The position numbers and the translations under genes are program-made. From Mustelus asterias (Eukaryota), in contig NC_135801.1 of NCBI RefSeq assembly GCF_964213995.1, positions 38,626,001-38,690,000 on the forward strand: a stretch of 64,000 nt of DNA, in the 5' to 3' direction. Below, one piece after another: positions 26,231-39,229 of the stretch; within the stretch, counting starts at the first letter, position 1; each line of letters opens with the position of its first letter. The notes under the pieces are model-generated. The model was not told the origin of the DNA. It ran no database searches and worked only from the letters and a program-made list of their open reading frames with translations.

Positions 26231-26819
26231 GGTTAGGAGGAACTGAGATGGCACAGGTGAAGGGCTGCACTAGTTCGAAAGATATGTAAGCACCTTAACG
26301 TTTTCTGTTCACAAGGTTTTATGTTACAACAGCTTATTTAAACACCTTTTAAAAAAATAAATGTTTTTTTCAACACCCACCTGCGACTAATTTATCTCGA
26401 TTGTGAATCCCGTTCCATTGATGATCACCTGACGGATGCCTCATGCTGATGTCAGTTGGGGAGGTCCCTCAATGCTGTGTCCCTGAGAAAGGAAGCCACT
26501 GGTTTCACAGGCCCCATGAGTGATTCCCTCCCATCCCCCATCCCACTAGCCCCAGGGCCCTGTATGGGGGTTTCAGATCCCTCACCCACTACACAGACAT
26601 GGACCCAGGAGTTAGCGCGCATGCGGAGCTCAGGTAGGAGTCAGGTTAGTTTGCACCAGGGCATCATCATAATGGTGTTTAGCGAGTCGTCATCACCCTC
26701 CTGCCTGCCAAAAAACTCACGATCACAGAATGCCTCGGCCTACCTCTCTGGTGTGACAATGACAAAGGATATATAGAAGGCACTGGGAAGTGGTGGGGGG
26801 GAGAGATGGAACTCACAGA

Positions 26820-28050
26820 CTCCTAGCGAGTGAACCACCTGGTTATCAGGGCCTCCCTTGCTGCCCTCGTATGCCTCATTTGAGTCAGCCCTCCATCGCT
26901 GGCTGGTGTAACAAGGCGTGCTCTTCCTCCTCCTCCTGCTAGTCATTCTTCAGAGTGACGGCCGGCTGATCATTCTCCTCCAAGAGGTATCTCGCTGCAG
27001 AGCCAGATTGTGCAGGGCACAGCACACCACCACAATGCGGGAGGAGATCAGGGGGCTGTACTGGAGGGCCCCTCCGGATCGGTCCAGGCATCGGAATCGC
27101 ATCTTGAGGAGCCCAATGCACCTCTCCACTGTCGCGTGGGTGGCTACATGGGCCTCATTATGGCGGGTCTCTGCCTCAGACACAGGCCTCCGCACAGGCA
27201 TCATCAGCCATGTCCGAAGCGGGTAACCCATATCACCCAGGAGCCACCCCCGCAGCCTGGGCTCCTCCTCGAATGCCTCCGCGATGTCTGAGCTCCTGAC
27301 AATGAAGCTGTCATGCACGCTGCCTGGATGTCTGGCGCAGACGTGCATGATGGTCATGTTATGGTCGCACACTAGCTGAACATTCAGGGAGTGGAACGCC
27401 TTCCTATTTACAAATCTTCGCAGATTCTGTAGGGGGGCCTTGAGGGCGATGTGTGTGCAGTCGATCGCCCCCTGCACGTTAGGCATCCCCACAATGGCTG
27501 CGAACCCTACAGCCCGGGCTTCCTGCTGCGCCTGGTCCAGGTTGAAATTGATGAACTGGCCAGCCCGGGCTTACAGGGCTTCAGTGACCTGCCTCACACA
27601 GGTGAAGGGCAGATTGGGAGATGCCACAGACATCTCCGCTCGGGGTCTGGAAAGAACCAGTCGCGTGGAAGTTTAGAGTGGCCGTCAATTTGACGGCCAC
27701 CGAGAGTGGGTGCCCACCCCCACCCCCACCCGCCTCCTCCTCTAGCTGCCAGGTCCTGCAACAGGTTGCACAGGTGTTGCATGGTCTGCTTTCGGAGACA
27801 AAGATGACAGTGGCACATGGTGTCCGACATCTGCTTGAAGGACATTCAAGCATGGAATTTCCGGGGTCTCTGCTCCCTCCTTCTCCTACGCCTCCCCTAT
27901 GGCCACCTCCTGCCTCTGGTGCTTGTCTCCCTCTGTTCCTGCAAGTGGTAAGGCCCGGGCCTCCTGTGCCCGCAATTCTTCCTCCTGCTCCTCCTCCTCA
28001 GCTCCAGCAGCAACCAAAAGAACAGCAAGATCAATTGGTTCCATCGCAAA
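26820..28050 (-). pseudogene. Harbinger transposase (frameshifted)
   Basis: LNFHATGSFQ..GD.CGISQS (27581..27853) and VQGAIDCTH, NRK.FHSLNVQ, PGSVHDS, LLGD.GY, VERCIGLLKMRFRCLD, CCALHN (26950..27492) lie in different frames. Confidence 0.9.
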
Positions 28051-28134
28051 AGCCATCTCGTCCCTCTGAAGGGGATGGGGGGAGATGGAGAGGAACAAAT
28101 GTGGAGGTTATGTAATGCTGCTTGCCCTTGCGCA

Positions 28135-28390
28135 TCCACAATCACAGCCCCCACCGCCCCCCCAATTCTCCCAGCCACATGCTTCCCACAATCACAACCC
28201 CCCCTCCCCCCAATTCCCCCAGCCACATGCTCCCCACAATCACAGCCACCCCCCCCAATTCCCTCAGCCACATGCTCCCCACAATCACAGCCCCCCTGTG
28301 CCCCAAATCCCCCAACCACATGATCCCCACAATCACAGCCCCCCTCCTCCCCCCACTTCCCCCAGCCGCATGCTCCCCACAATCACAGCT
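28135..28390. repeat. Minisatellite, about 40-43-bp unit, about 6 copies
   Basis: Repeated cacaatcacagcccc...aattcccccagccacatgctcc. Confidence 0.9.
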
Positions 28391-29249
28391 CCTTGCCAAG
28401 TTGAGAGGCTGCAGCAGTGCCATTTGCAAAGGCTTTGTGCACATCCTTCAGTTGGAAGTGAGCTGAGTGCGCTGGGACACAGCAGCACGGCAAGACCTGA
28501 GGTCAGTGCTGAGACCCGGGTCCGTGCTGCAAGACAAACATCGGAGACCCTACAGAGCAACAGCACCCCCACCCTCCCACGCACTCGCAGAGCCGCCACC
28601 GACCCGAGACAGAAAATGGCCGCAACAACAGGACACCGGTGAGTAGCAGAGAGCTGTCGGACGCCACGCACTTACCCCCTCACTAACCCTCACTGACAAA
28701 GCACCCGAGTCGGATTTTTATTGAGCATGTCTGTTTCGTGCCGATTCAGGATTGGCGAATGCGGTGGTAAAGGGGGAAGTGCTGGTGAAGTTGGGTGGGC
28801 AGTCCATTAAGTCAATTTAAGTGCATGCAAATGCATTTAGATTGCTGTTACACCTGTTTTGGGCGCGGTCCCGATCGCGTCCATTTTCGGGCCTTGGTAA
28901 AGGGGGAATCGGCGCGGACATGGGCGCGGATCGCGCTATTCGCTTCACACCCGACTTTATCAAGTTTTCGCACCCTAAAACAGGCGCAACACAATGGTAA
29001 AATCGGGCCCTGTGCTCCCTTTCCTCAAAGTGTCCAGCAATTTTCTTGTAGTCAGTTTTCATCTTTTTGCTTTGATTTTCCCCCTTTGTTTCCTTTCTTT
29101 CCTTGTTTATATATTTTTTTTGTTGATCTGATCATAGAACCATGGAATCACTACAGTGCTGAAGGAGGCCATTCGGCCCATCGAGTCTGCACTGATTCTC
29201 TGAAGAGCTTCCTTTCCATCCTCTCCCTATCCCCATAACCTTGCATATT

Positions 29250-29550
29250 TACCATGGCTAATCCACATAATCCACCCTAACCTACACATTTTTGGGCACT
29301 AAGGGGTAATTTAGTATGGCCAATTTACCTAACCCTCACATCTTTGGGACATGAAGGGGCAATTTAGCATGGCCAATCCACCTAATTTACTCACCTTTGG
29401 ACACCAAGGGGCAATTTAGCATGGCTGAACCACCGAACGTATACATCTTCGGACACGAAGGGACAATTTAGCATGACTAACCCACCTAACCTACACATCT
29501 TTTGACAATAAGGGGCAATTTTAGCATGGCCAATCCACCAAACCTACACA
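29250..29550 (-). repeat. Tandem array of an approximately 49-bp HE1-internal unit (second array about 30268-30470)
   Basis: Repeated aggggcaatttagcatggccaatccacctaacctacacatctttggacac. Confidence 0.85.
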
Positions 29551-30549
29551 TATAAAATCTTACATTCTCTTTGATCCTTTCTGGACCTTTGTCTTCCATT
29601 TTTGACTTGTGGACATCCTTCCCTTCAATTTTCCTTTCCTTATTTATTTGGTCCTATTTTCGTCGCCTATTCTCACTGTCTTCAGTTTGTGTATTTTAAT
29701 TTTTAATCCACAAGTGTTCCTCCTCTTTGTCTCCCTATTCATATTTCATTAGTTTCTCTCTCTTACATTTAACATTCTATGTGATGAAAAAAATTAGAGG
29801 CCTCTTTGATTTATCCTCTGTGCTACCTGGATTTGGTGTGTTCACAACTACTTGTTAAAAGTTTGAAAATAATTCCATAGAAAACAAAATGAACTGTGAA
29901 GAAATCACTGCATTGTGCTTAAATACACATGAAGAGGATCATTTATCCATTGAGATCTTTCATAGCTTATCAATACCTTAAGTGTAATCATTAATTGCAT
30001 AAATAATGAGTACATCAATGACTATTATCCATAGGATAGAATACCTACAGTGCAGAGGGAGGCTATTTGGTCCATTGAGCCTTCACCAACTCTCTGAAAG
30101 AGCATTTTACCCAGGTGTACAACCATGGCCTATCCCCATAACCCTGCACATTTACCCATGGCTAATCCACTTAACCCACACGAGCGAGGCTCACAGAATG
30201 GAGATCTCCATTGGCCTCGGGCGGGATTTTGCGATCTCGCCCGAGCGAGGTCATAACATCCCGCCCTAAGGGTCAATTTAGCATGGCCAGTCCACCTAAC
30301 CTGCACATCTTTGGACACTAAGGGGCAATCTAGCATGACTGATCCACCTAACTTATACATCTTTAGACATTAAGGGACAATTTAGCGTGGCCAGTCCACC
30401 TAATTTATACACCTCACGACGCTAAGGGACAATTTAGCATGGCTAATCCACCTAACCTGCACATCTTTGAACTGCGCTTTGCCACATAATACACTTTCTC
30501 TGTATTATTGTTGAAATTCTGTTGTAATTGAGTAAACTATTGACACCCA

Positions 30550-30790
30550 TTACGCAAAATAGATATTTCATGAGATTTGATTATTCTGCAGAATGAACGA
30601 AAAACCACGTGCTAGAATTTTGACTATGCGCTAGTTGTCAGCTGTTCCTCAGTGAGTGTGCCTGTCAGTTGTACCACAATGTTTCCTGTTTCGCTAGCCA
30701 CAGGATGTGTCTAATCGTGCGGACCCGCTGAACAAAGAAACCTGACATTACTTCATATATCATTGACACACAGTGGGGATTTTCCTCTTA
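30550..30790. promoter_or_regulatory. Candidate immune enhancer (motif cluster in apparently unique DNA)
   Basis: GGGATTTTCC (30776-30785), TTTCCTGTTTC IRF/ETS composite (30682-30692), ACCACA (30673-30678), CAGCTG (30639-30644), CACGTG (30606-30611), TTCTGCAGAA (30584-30593). Confidence 0.4.
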
Positions 30791-32186
30791 CTCGTCATCA
30801 AGTCTGCAGTTTATGATAAAATATATCATGATAATGTCTAGGAAAAATGTTAATTTGACAATATTGGTCAGGATTTAGGTTTTTTACTGAGTTATAGGTT
30901 TAAATATTATTGACTGCAGTGCCTCCATTTTCTGTGCAGGAGGTACGCCACACTTCACAAACAAAACATACGTGTTCTTTACCCCCACCTAAAGCAGTTA
31001 TTAATCCTTTGGCATGTGGAAAATGAGGAACCTGATGCTTGTTTGAGGACTGTATTGCAAGGTCAGTTTGTCGGTGAAGCTGCACTCAGGGTAACTGGGC
31101 CTGGAGAACGTCTGCTGGACTCAACCAAGAAACAAAACAACTGAATCGACTGTGATGCAGAGAGGAGTGCTCTTCCTGACTCTAGTTCAAATGAATTAAT
31201 TGCCATCTCTTCTCTCCCCATCACATCAGCTCCTGTTCCCAGCTGCTATGTGCAGCCTTAAACCCTGATCTCCCCCAACCTTGTCTTCCAATTCCCCTGA
31301 CTGACCCTGCCTTGAAGCACCCATCTCCTGCAATCCCCAATCCCCAACTCTGTGATTTCCCAACCCAACCCCTTGTATCTTGATCTCTAAACCCATCCCA
31401 TCCACCCCGACCTCCCCCAGTTCTGACCCCAAGCTTGATCGCCAGGTCTACCAGCATGACCATGATTTCCTATCCAACCAGAGACCTCATTACTTGAGGC
31501 CAGTTGCACTACTAGCAACACTTTGATCTTGCACTGCTCCATTGCAATGGGATGCATATCCCAATATCCAGGGACCTGACCATTCAGGCATAGGAACATA
31601 CCTAGCGTCTCCTGTTCACCCATTTTTCTGGACCATTGATTTTGGCCAGAATCTTACCATCGTTCACGCCAGTGGGAATTTCCCATCTTGCCGCAGTGAA
31701 TGGAGATTTGGCTATCTGTCAAATTCTCCGACCTCGCTGCAGCAGGAGTATGGCGTGAACAGCTGGTAAGATCGCGCCCTTCGACCTCCACAAATGGGCC
31801 TCTTGTTTGTAAAAACACCTGATTGATTTTCAGTCAAAGTTGATTTTAGTTTTACTTTCTTTGGCGTGGATCTTAGTAATGTAGAAAGATGTTAACCGCT
31901 AATAATGCCATGCCATCGTGGGCTATATGGCTATGTTAATTTGTTGATTGTTATTTATATGTATTTTTAGAACTTTTAGACCTTTTTCTCAAATCTCTAA
32001 AGCTCCTCAGTCATGTTTCAGAAAATTAGGAGCTGAAATTGCTTCTGTGTCAAGGTAGCTACACTTTTAATTGTGCTGCTGTCTCCGTGCACTGTGGGTG
32101 TGTATGTATGTGTGCGCGTGTGTGAAATACCCCCTATCTCCACTCTTCCCACCAACCTCCAGCAAAAATAGTGTCTTTGGGGGTAG

Positions 32187-35100
32187 TGTTGTAGGATATG
32201 GATACAGTTTGGTGGGTCTGGAAAAGACTTTGTAGTTATACTAGGATAACTGTAAGCCTTCATTGACTCTTGGAACTCTTTGCAAATATACAGTAGGGTT
32301 CAAGCTAGGAGCTGTATCCATGCTTGCTACTACACACAGCTCTGTCCAACACTAGACTGAACCTGGGTGTAGGTACTCTCTTGTATCACCATGTGGGCGG
32401 TACCTTATTCAGTCCCATATTAACCCTATATGTGCCAGATCCCTATACGATACCATCTCAAAGTCTTTATCCAATGTATTTTAAGTGATTATACTTTGCC
32501 TTGCATCTTTCTTGTTATTACTATCATACATTTACATTGTCATTATCACTACCCCATCTCTCCCTTCAAGTCCTTGAATTCAAAGGTTAAGGCGGTTTAG
32601 AGGCCTTATAACCCTTCCATATCTCGTTTGCTTCACTGTCGGAGGAGTGATATGCTGATGGTTCTTTCTATAGGTTTGGAGGTTATTCTGGCATCAGGTA
32701 TATTTTCATCCCTTTCTTTCATGTTGAATTGCATTTAGTTGTTTTGACCGATTGGTGCTTGTTACTCTAACTCATTTCCTGTGGGATAAATGAACATTTT
32801 GGTAATCTCCTTGTTGCTTTCTTTTGCTTCTTCCATCGTCATGTGGCTTGTGGCATGGTATGTGAAAGATTACTATTCAGAAATGGAACCCTTGTTCCTG
32901 CTTGTTTCACAATTTTACGCATATTTCTGAGTGATTTCTTCCATTCCACATGTTTTTCAAGCGTATGCATCTTCTCAGTCAGCTCTGCAACTATTCAGGT
33001 AATTTGAGATTTATTTGCGGTAATCCGATAGAAGTTTGACAACCTCACCTGGATGTTCAGTTTTGTTTGAAATCTTTCAATCTGCTCGTCAGATTGTCAG
33101 TCAGTTTATTAGAATTTCTCTTATCCGCTGGATTTGCTTTTCCATACTGTATATCTCAATCTGCATCTTGTTCAGATTGGACCAAAGTTCAAGAAGTTCA
33201 TGAAGTTGTTGATTCTGCTTCCAAACAACTGTTGTGTTTCATGAGCAATGCCTTCTGTTCTAGACATTTTCCATGATATTTAATAGAGACTTCTGATGCT
33301 TGTAGTTCATCAGATTTTAACTGAAGATCTGTCTTTGCTGATTGTGCTCCTATAAATTTGACATTTAAGCATTTCAGGTCCTCTTTTCAAGCGGTCTACT
33401 GTCTTTGAGCAACATTCCAGTATTCATAGAATCCCTACAGTGCAGAAGGAGGCCATTCAGCCCATCGGGTCTGTACCAACTCTCCAACAGAGCACCTTAC
33501 CCAGGCCGTAGCCCGTAACCTCACATATTTACCCCACTAATCTAAGGGGCAATGTAGCATAGCCAATCCAACTAACCTGCACATCTTTGGACTGTGGGAG
33601 GAAACCAGAGCACCCAGAGGAAACCTATGCAGACACGGGGAGAACGTGCAGACTCCGCACAGACAATGACCCAAGGCTGGAGTTGAATCTGGGTCCCTTA
33701 CACTGTGAGGTGGCAGTGCTAACCAATGTGCCACTGCACTCTTCCTCTACAAACTCATCTTGCATTCGTGAGAGTTGGCTCTCTACTCTGATGAGTTTTT
33801 CTTTAGCAGGGTATAATTTCTCTGTGCTACTCTTCAAGTTCTCATTCTCTAACTACGCTTCCACCAAGACTCTTCCCATTGTTTTGTGAGAGCTTTTACT
33901 TGCTTTTGCCATTCTAGGTCTTAATTTTCATCTTTTCACTTATCTCTTTGGAAAGGTAATTGTTTACAAAGTTTTCCTCCAAATGGCAAACCATTTTCTT
34001 CAGCTCTGTTGTCCCTTTCTTGTACCTCTTAGCTTCCTCCTGGAATATCAAACATTCCTAAGTCTTCTGTGTCAACTGCTTTAACAGTTCTTTCAAGGCC
34101 ACAACTTCTCCGAGAATATTTTCCCCCTGCTGTTGTTCCTGGCTCTATTCAGAGTTGGGTTTTCCCACCTCACGCTTCGATTTGCCAACAACACAATTCA
34201 CAATTGTTCTTTCCTCTGGTATCTTTGTGAAGCCTCAGAAACTTGTTATTTTAGAACTCAAACAGTTTGGTTCCTTGACGACTTTATTGTGCATTTTCAA
34301 AAGTATATGCTGAGTTTGAATTTTGTGTTTCAAATCTTTCAGTTCATCTTTGATGCAAACATTTTCCAATCTTATTTCATTTTCCTTTTTATGGGGTTGT
34401 TTATTTTGGATTCCGTCAAATATCTTTCCATCATTCACAGTCAACTGCTCACTCTCCACATTCTGTTGCGTTAGGTAACGGGTTGGGGTTTCAGGATATA
34501 ATTTCAGTATTTCTGGAAGGTTCTGTAGCTCTCTGTGTAGTTTGCTCAGGTAATATCTTTTGCACTTTTTCAGTTTCATTAGGGATTTGCTCTCCCTCTC
34601 CTTGTGCCCCACTGCTTGACAATTCAAATATTCGCCAAGGCTTTGGAGTTGTTTGATGATTCAACAATACCTTGCAGTAGGATTACTCCATCCATAGGTT
34701 CATCAAACCAGTATAAAGAGGTATTAATCTGGACTTTTTCTGACTTTCTACTTAGACCTGATGTACTCTGATAGTTTAGAAATTCTCTCCTCAAGAACAC
34801 CAATTTTCCATTCAGTTTGGACTTTGGATAAGATGTTCTAGAGGACTGGAACTCTGATTGTAGATAAAAAATTTTGAAAGCATAGGTTCTGCTTTAAGAG
34901 TGTTCTGAATTGTCAGATGCCGTTGCTGTTCACTTGGAGAGAAAGGGCTCTCCCATGCTTGTCTATTTTTGCAAATTCCGCTACATTGGGTTTGCGCTCA
35001 TCTTGAAAAACAACTTCGACAGTGCCAGCCTGGAGTGACTGACTACAGAGCTCCTTTATTCAGCGTTTTAATGAAAGTTGCAAATTCGTCAAATCCTGGC

Positions 35101-36245
35101 TTTTGCTTTCTCTTAGCTGAGTTTAAAGGTTGTAATTCTCCTGGCTTATTTAATTTATTTTTCTTTTCTTGGGGTGAACTCGGCACCACATGTTCAAGTG
35201 GTGACTTGGGGATTGGGTTATAGCAATGGGTTTTTCCAAACTAAACTTCTAACTCTTGTGGAAGGGGGATTCTGGGTCAGCTAACAGAAGCATCAAAGGT
35301 CAAAGTGAAAGACTCTATGTCGGGGCATGGAATTGTATTTGTCCAAGGGCCCTGGATTGATACAATTGATTGTCTTGGCAAAGTGCTGCTAGGCTATGCC
35401 AGGAGATAGATATCTGTTTTTTGGGGGTAACAAATGAAAGATCATTAAGTCAAGCAATGACTCATAATTGGCTGAGGTAATCTGTCATAATGTTAATTGA
35501 CATATTAACATGGAATGAAATGAAGTAAGGTAATTAGTGGATGTTTTAGAGATAAGCAAAAACTACAATTGAATTGTATTTTGGCTCAATGCCTTAGATC
35601 TTCAGAGAGGGTTTCCACATCAGGAAATGCTGTTTGACCCTTCGGAAAGCTCCCACAGCCAAAGTTAATGTCTTGTTTGTTCTGTGTATCTTTCATGTTT
35701 ACTTTAACTTAAATTCTGAATATGCCTTCTAAATCAAAATATTGCCTTTGTGAAATTAATTATAGCTGTCTTTAAGTTCTTTTTAAGAGCATTTGTCCAT
35801 CATTAAGAAATTTCTTATGACAGACTGTACTGCTTAAACATTTTTCAGGACTTGCTGTATCCTGGAGTTCTAAAAGATTTAGCTCACCCTTGCATTTTTC
35901 TGGCAATTTTCCCTCTGTGTCTCTGCTTCTGGAGCTTATGTTGAGGTCAGAATTGTTTGATAATTTTTTCTGAGTCTTTCAGTATTTTAGCTTATCTCAG
36001 AATTTTCTGTGAGGTTTTGGGTTTTTCATACGCTGCTGCCATGTTATAGGGTACAGTAGATCTGAAGTAGCCTTTGTAGTTATACATAAGGTAACTGTAA
36101 GTCTTTATTGACTTTTAGAACTATTTATAAATATACAGTAAAGCATTCAAGCGAGGAGCTGTCTCCGCACTGGCTGATACACACAGCTCTGTCTAATACT
36201 AGACTGACCCTGGGTATGGGTCATGGGTTCTCTTGCATCATTGGA
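32187..36245 (-). mobile_element. Old, decayed LTR retroelement
   Basis: Diverged direct repeats about 32187-32450 and about 36041-36245 (shared aaatatacagta...aggagctg...acacacagctctgtc...ctagactga); PBS-like TGGCAGCAGCG adjoining the 5' LTR on the minus strand; broken internal frames. Confidence 0.65.
33423..33733 (-). mobile_element. HE1 SINE
   Basis: Reverse-complement full-length copy. Confidence 0.9.
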
Positions 36246-36624
36246 TGTGTTGAACTGCTAGATCTGTTCGGAATCTTTCTCATTTAGCACAGTGGTAGTG
36301 CCACACAAAATGATGGACAGAATCATCAGTGTAAATAAGGAACTTTATTGCCAAAGGACTGTGTATTGGTCATTGCTTCCAGTGCTATCTTGGACAGATG
36401 CATCTCCGATTGGATTGCTGAAGACAAGGCAAAGTAAGCTTTTCCCTCTTGTTGGTTCGCTCAGTTCCTGCCACAAGCCCAATTTGGCTGTAGTGTCCTT
36501 CTGGATTTGATCAACTTGATTAGTAATGGGACTACCAAACCAATGATGTACATTGAAATCCCCCACACAGAGTACATTCTGTACCCTTATTTCCCTCAGA
36601 CCTTCTTCCAAATGGCATTCAGTT

Positions 36625-37430
36625 GGATCAAACAGATCTCAAACAGTGATGAGACCGAGTACAGGAAAGCGATAGCGAATCTGGTGAACTGGTGCAATGA
36701 CAATAATCTCTCCCTCAATGTCAACAAAACGAAGGAGACAGTCATCGACTTCAGGAAGTGTAGTGGAGGGCATACCCCTGTCCACATCAATGGGATGAAG
36801 TATAAATAGTCGAGAACTTCAAGTTTTTAAGTGTCCAGATCACCAACAACCTGTCTCCATGAGGACACTATAGTTAAGAAAGCCCACCAACGCCTCTACT
36901 TTCTCAGGCGATTAAGGAAATTTGGCATGTTCGCTACAACTCTCACCAATTTCTACAGATGCACCATAGAAAGCATTCTTTCTGGTTTTATCTCAGCTTG
37001 GTATGGCTCCTGCTCTTCCAAGACCGCAAGAAACTACAAAGGGTCTTGAATGACGCCCAGTCCATCACTCAAACCAATCTCCCACCATTGATACTGCCTG
37101 CATTTCCCGCTGTCTCAGAAAAGTAACCAGCATAATCAAGGACCTCACGCATCCCAGACATACTCTCTTCCACCTTCTTCCATTGGGAATAAGATACAAA
37201 AGTCCGATATCACATACCAACCGACTCAAGAGCAGCTTCTTCCCTGCTGCCATCAGAGTTTTGAATGGACCTACCTCGCATTAAGTTGATTTTTCTCTAC
37301 ACCTTAGCTATGACTGTAACACTACATTCTGCACTCTCTCCTTTCCTTCTCTATGTACAGTATGCTTTCTATAGTGTGCAATAAACAATACTTTTCACTG
37401 TATACTAATACATGTGACAAATCAAATCAA
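36625..37430 (+). mobile_element. Rex1/Babar-type LINE 3' portion
   Basis: WCNDNNLSLNVNKTKE.VIDFRK, KKAHQRLYFLRRLRKF, FYRCTIESIL; aaatcaaatc tail. Confidence 0.8.
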
Positions 37431-39229
37431 CCAAACGGGCATACTAATTCTTCAGTTGAGGGAGGGTAATAAGTGATAATCAGCAGGAGGTTTTCTTGTC
37501 TATGGGGACCGCCTGCCATTAGACTTCAGTAGGCCCAGAGTCGATGTTCAAGACTCCTTGGGCCACTCCCTCCTGAATGTGTACCCCTGTTCTGCCACCG
37601 CTGGTAGTTCTGTCCTTGGGAGAGGTCATACCCAGGAAAGACAATGGAGGAGTCTGGAACATTGGGTGAAAGATATGATTCTCTGAATATGATTATGTCA
37701 GGCTATCGCTTAAGTAGTTTGTGGAGCAAGTCTCCAGATGTTAGTGAGGAAGATTTTGCAGAGTTGACTGAACTGGGTCACACCTGGTGCCAAGGTTGAT
37801 GTTGGGTGATCCTTCTAATTTTAGTCTTATTAGACTTTTTTTGTCATGATTCAACCCAGCTGAAGCTTGCTAGATCAGTTAGAGGAGTGTGAAGAATCAA
37901 GCACATTGTTATGGTTTTGGAGTCACATATTGAGCAGGCTGCATAAGAGAGCTGGATTTCATTCCTTAAAGGACATAAGTGAACCAGATGGTTAAGTTGA
38001 CATTTTTAAGGACGTAACCAAAGTGACAGACAAGGGAGAGTCTATGAACTTTAACTGTATTTTCTCCTGGAAGGCATTTGATAAAAATCCACTTTATCAA
38101 TCTCTTATTGAGGTTATCAATAATTATGTCAGCACATGGAATTGGAAGTAATCTATTGACTTGGTTAAATTCATTGGTTATGACTTAGAAGTCAGAAAGT
38201 ATGGATAATAGTTTAACTCTAACCATCAGAATTTTAGTTTCCTGGTAAATACTATGCCTGAGAATGGGTTGGCACTTCCTCACAGCGCAATGCAAAATAC
38301 AATTCCTTTATTTTTCATTGTCTGCATTTTAATAACAGTACCAGGAACTATTTATTCATATTCCAACATTGTTGGAAAAAGTTACTTATTGTTCAAACAG
38401 GATCTCCACAAATGTTCATAGAATATCACATTTCTGGTAATCTATTGTTGCATGCATGATAAACAAGGAAAGATGTCTGAAAATAGTCCCAGAATATTTA
38501 GTGCCTCACATTGTGGTTAAGCACAAGCAGATGTCCAAGTTATATCACAAAGCCTTTACTTCCCATTGGCAAAGTCAGCCAAGAAATATGAGGAAAGAGA
38601 AGGAATGACTGTTACATGTTGGGCATAATCCTTCTGCCTAGAACAGTCATACTAAAAATGAGAATTATGATTAACACACAATGCATCGTGAAAGAGGCAG
38701 AACCTTAAAGTGACAGCACTACATAAACCCAAGTGTTGAATAGTCATCTCAAGTTCAGAATTTTTATTCAATGTCGGTAACCAGACTAATACTGTAAATG
38801 TGAAATAAGCAAATTTAAAGACCAAGTTCATTTTTTGTGGTGATGTGTGGTTTACAGAATCATTTTTACTCATTCATGACTTACGCATATGTAAAATTCA
38901 CCCATTTTGGTGAACTTCAACTAATTTGCAATTTTTCTAATTGCCCAGGATTGGTTCAGTTAAAACTCTAAAAACAAGGAATTTAGATCATTTGTGATTG
39001 GACTAGTCAAATATAATATCACTATTAATACTAAAACCATAAATATCAAAGGATATATAAAATAAGAGCTGTGACCTTGTGAAACGAGCCCTAAGATTAA
39101 TCATTTCAATTCTAACTCAGGTGAATTTTGGTAAGGTGAATCCCCCATTTAGCCTAAACTTTAAAAGCAGTGAAGTGAAAACTGCAACAATCAGAACTTT
39201 ATGCTCAGGGGGTCAGGCACGCACATCCA

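Larger units (their letters stand above)
24170..29010. mobile_element. PIF/Harbinger DNA transposon (convergent Myb/SANT gene and transposase); left end probably lost in or near the gap
   Basis: Minus-strand HARBI1-like transposase; plus-strand QCRKKLNDL and ERAKTGGG motifs; right terminus GGGCCCGATTTTACCA (minus) ending near 29010. Confidence 0.88.

Noticed and set aside
26950-27492. Domesticated HARBI1 gene
   Set aside because: Frameshifted, next to a TIR-like end and paired with a disrupted Myb gene, so it is a transposon copy.
28135-29550. Regular repeats superficially like a CRISPR array
   Set aside because: No unique spacers, eukaryotic context; these are a minisatellite and SINE-derived tandem units.
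30990-31125. Possible terminal exon on the minus strand (SSRRSPGPVTLSAASPTN* or QQTFSRPSYPEC...)
   Set aside because: Weak acceptor, no homology and no upstream partner exon identified.
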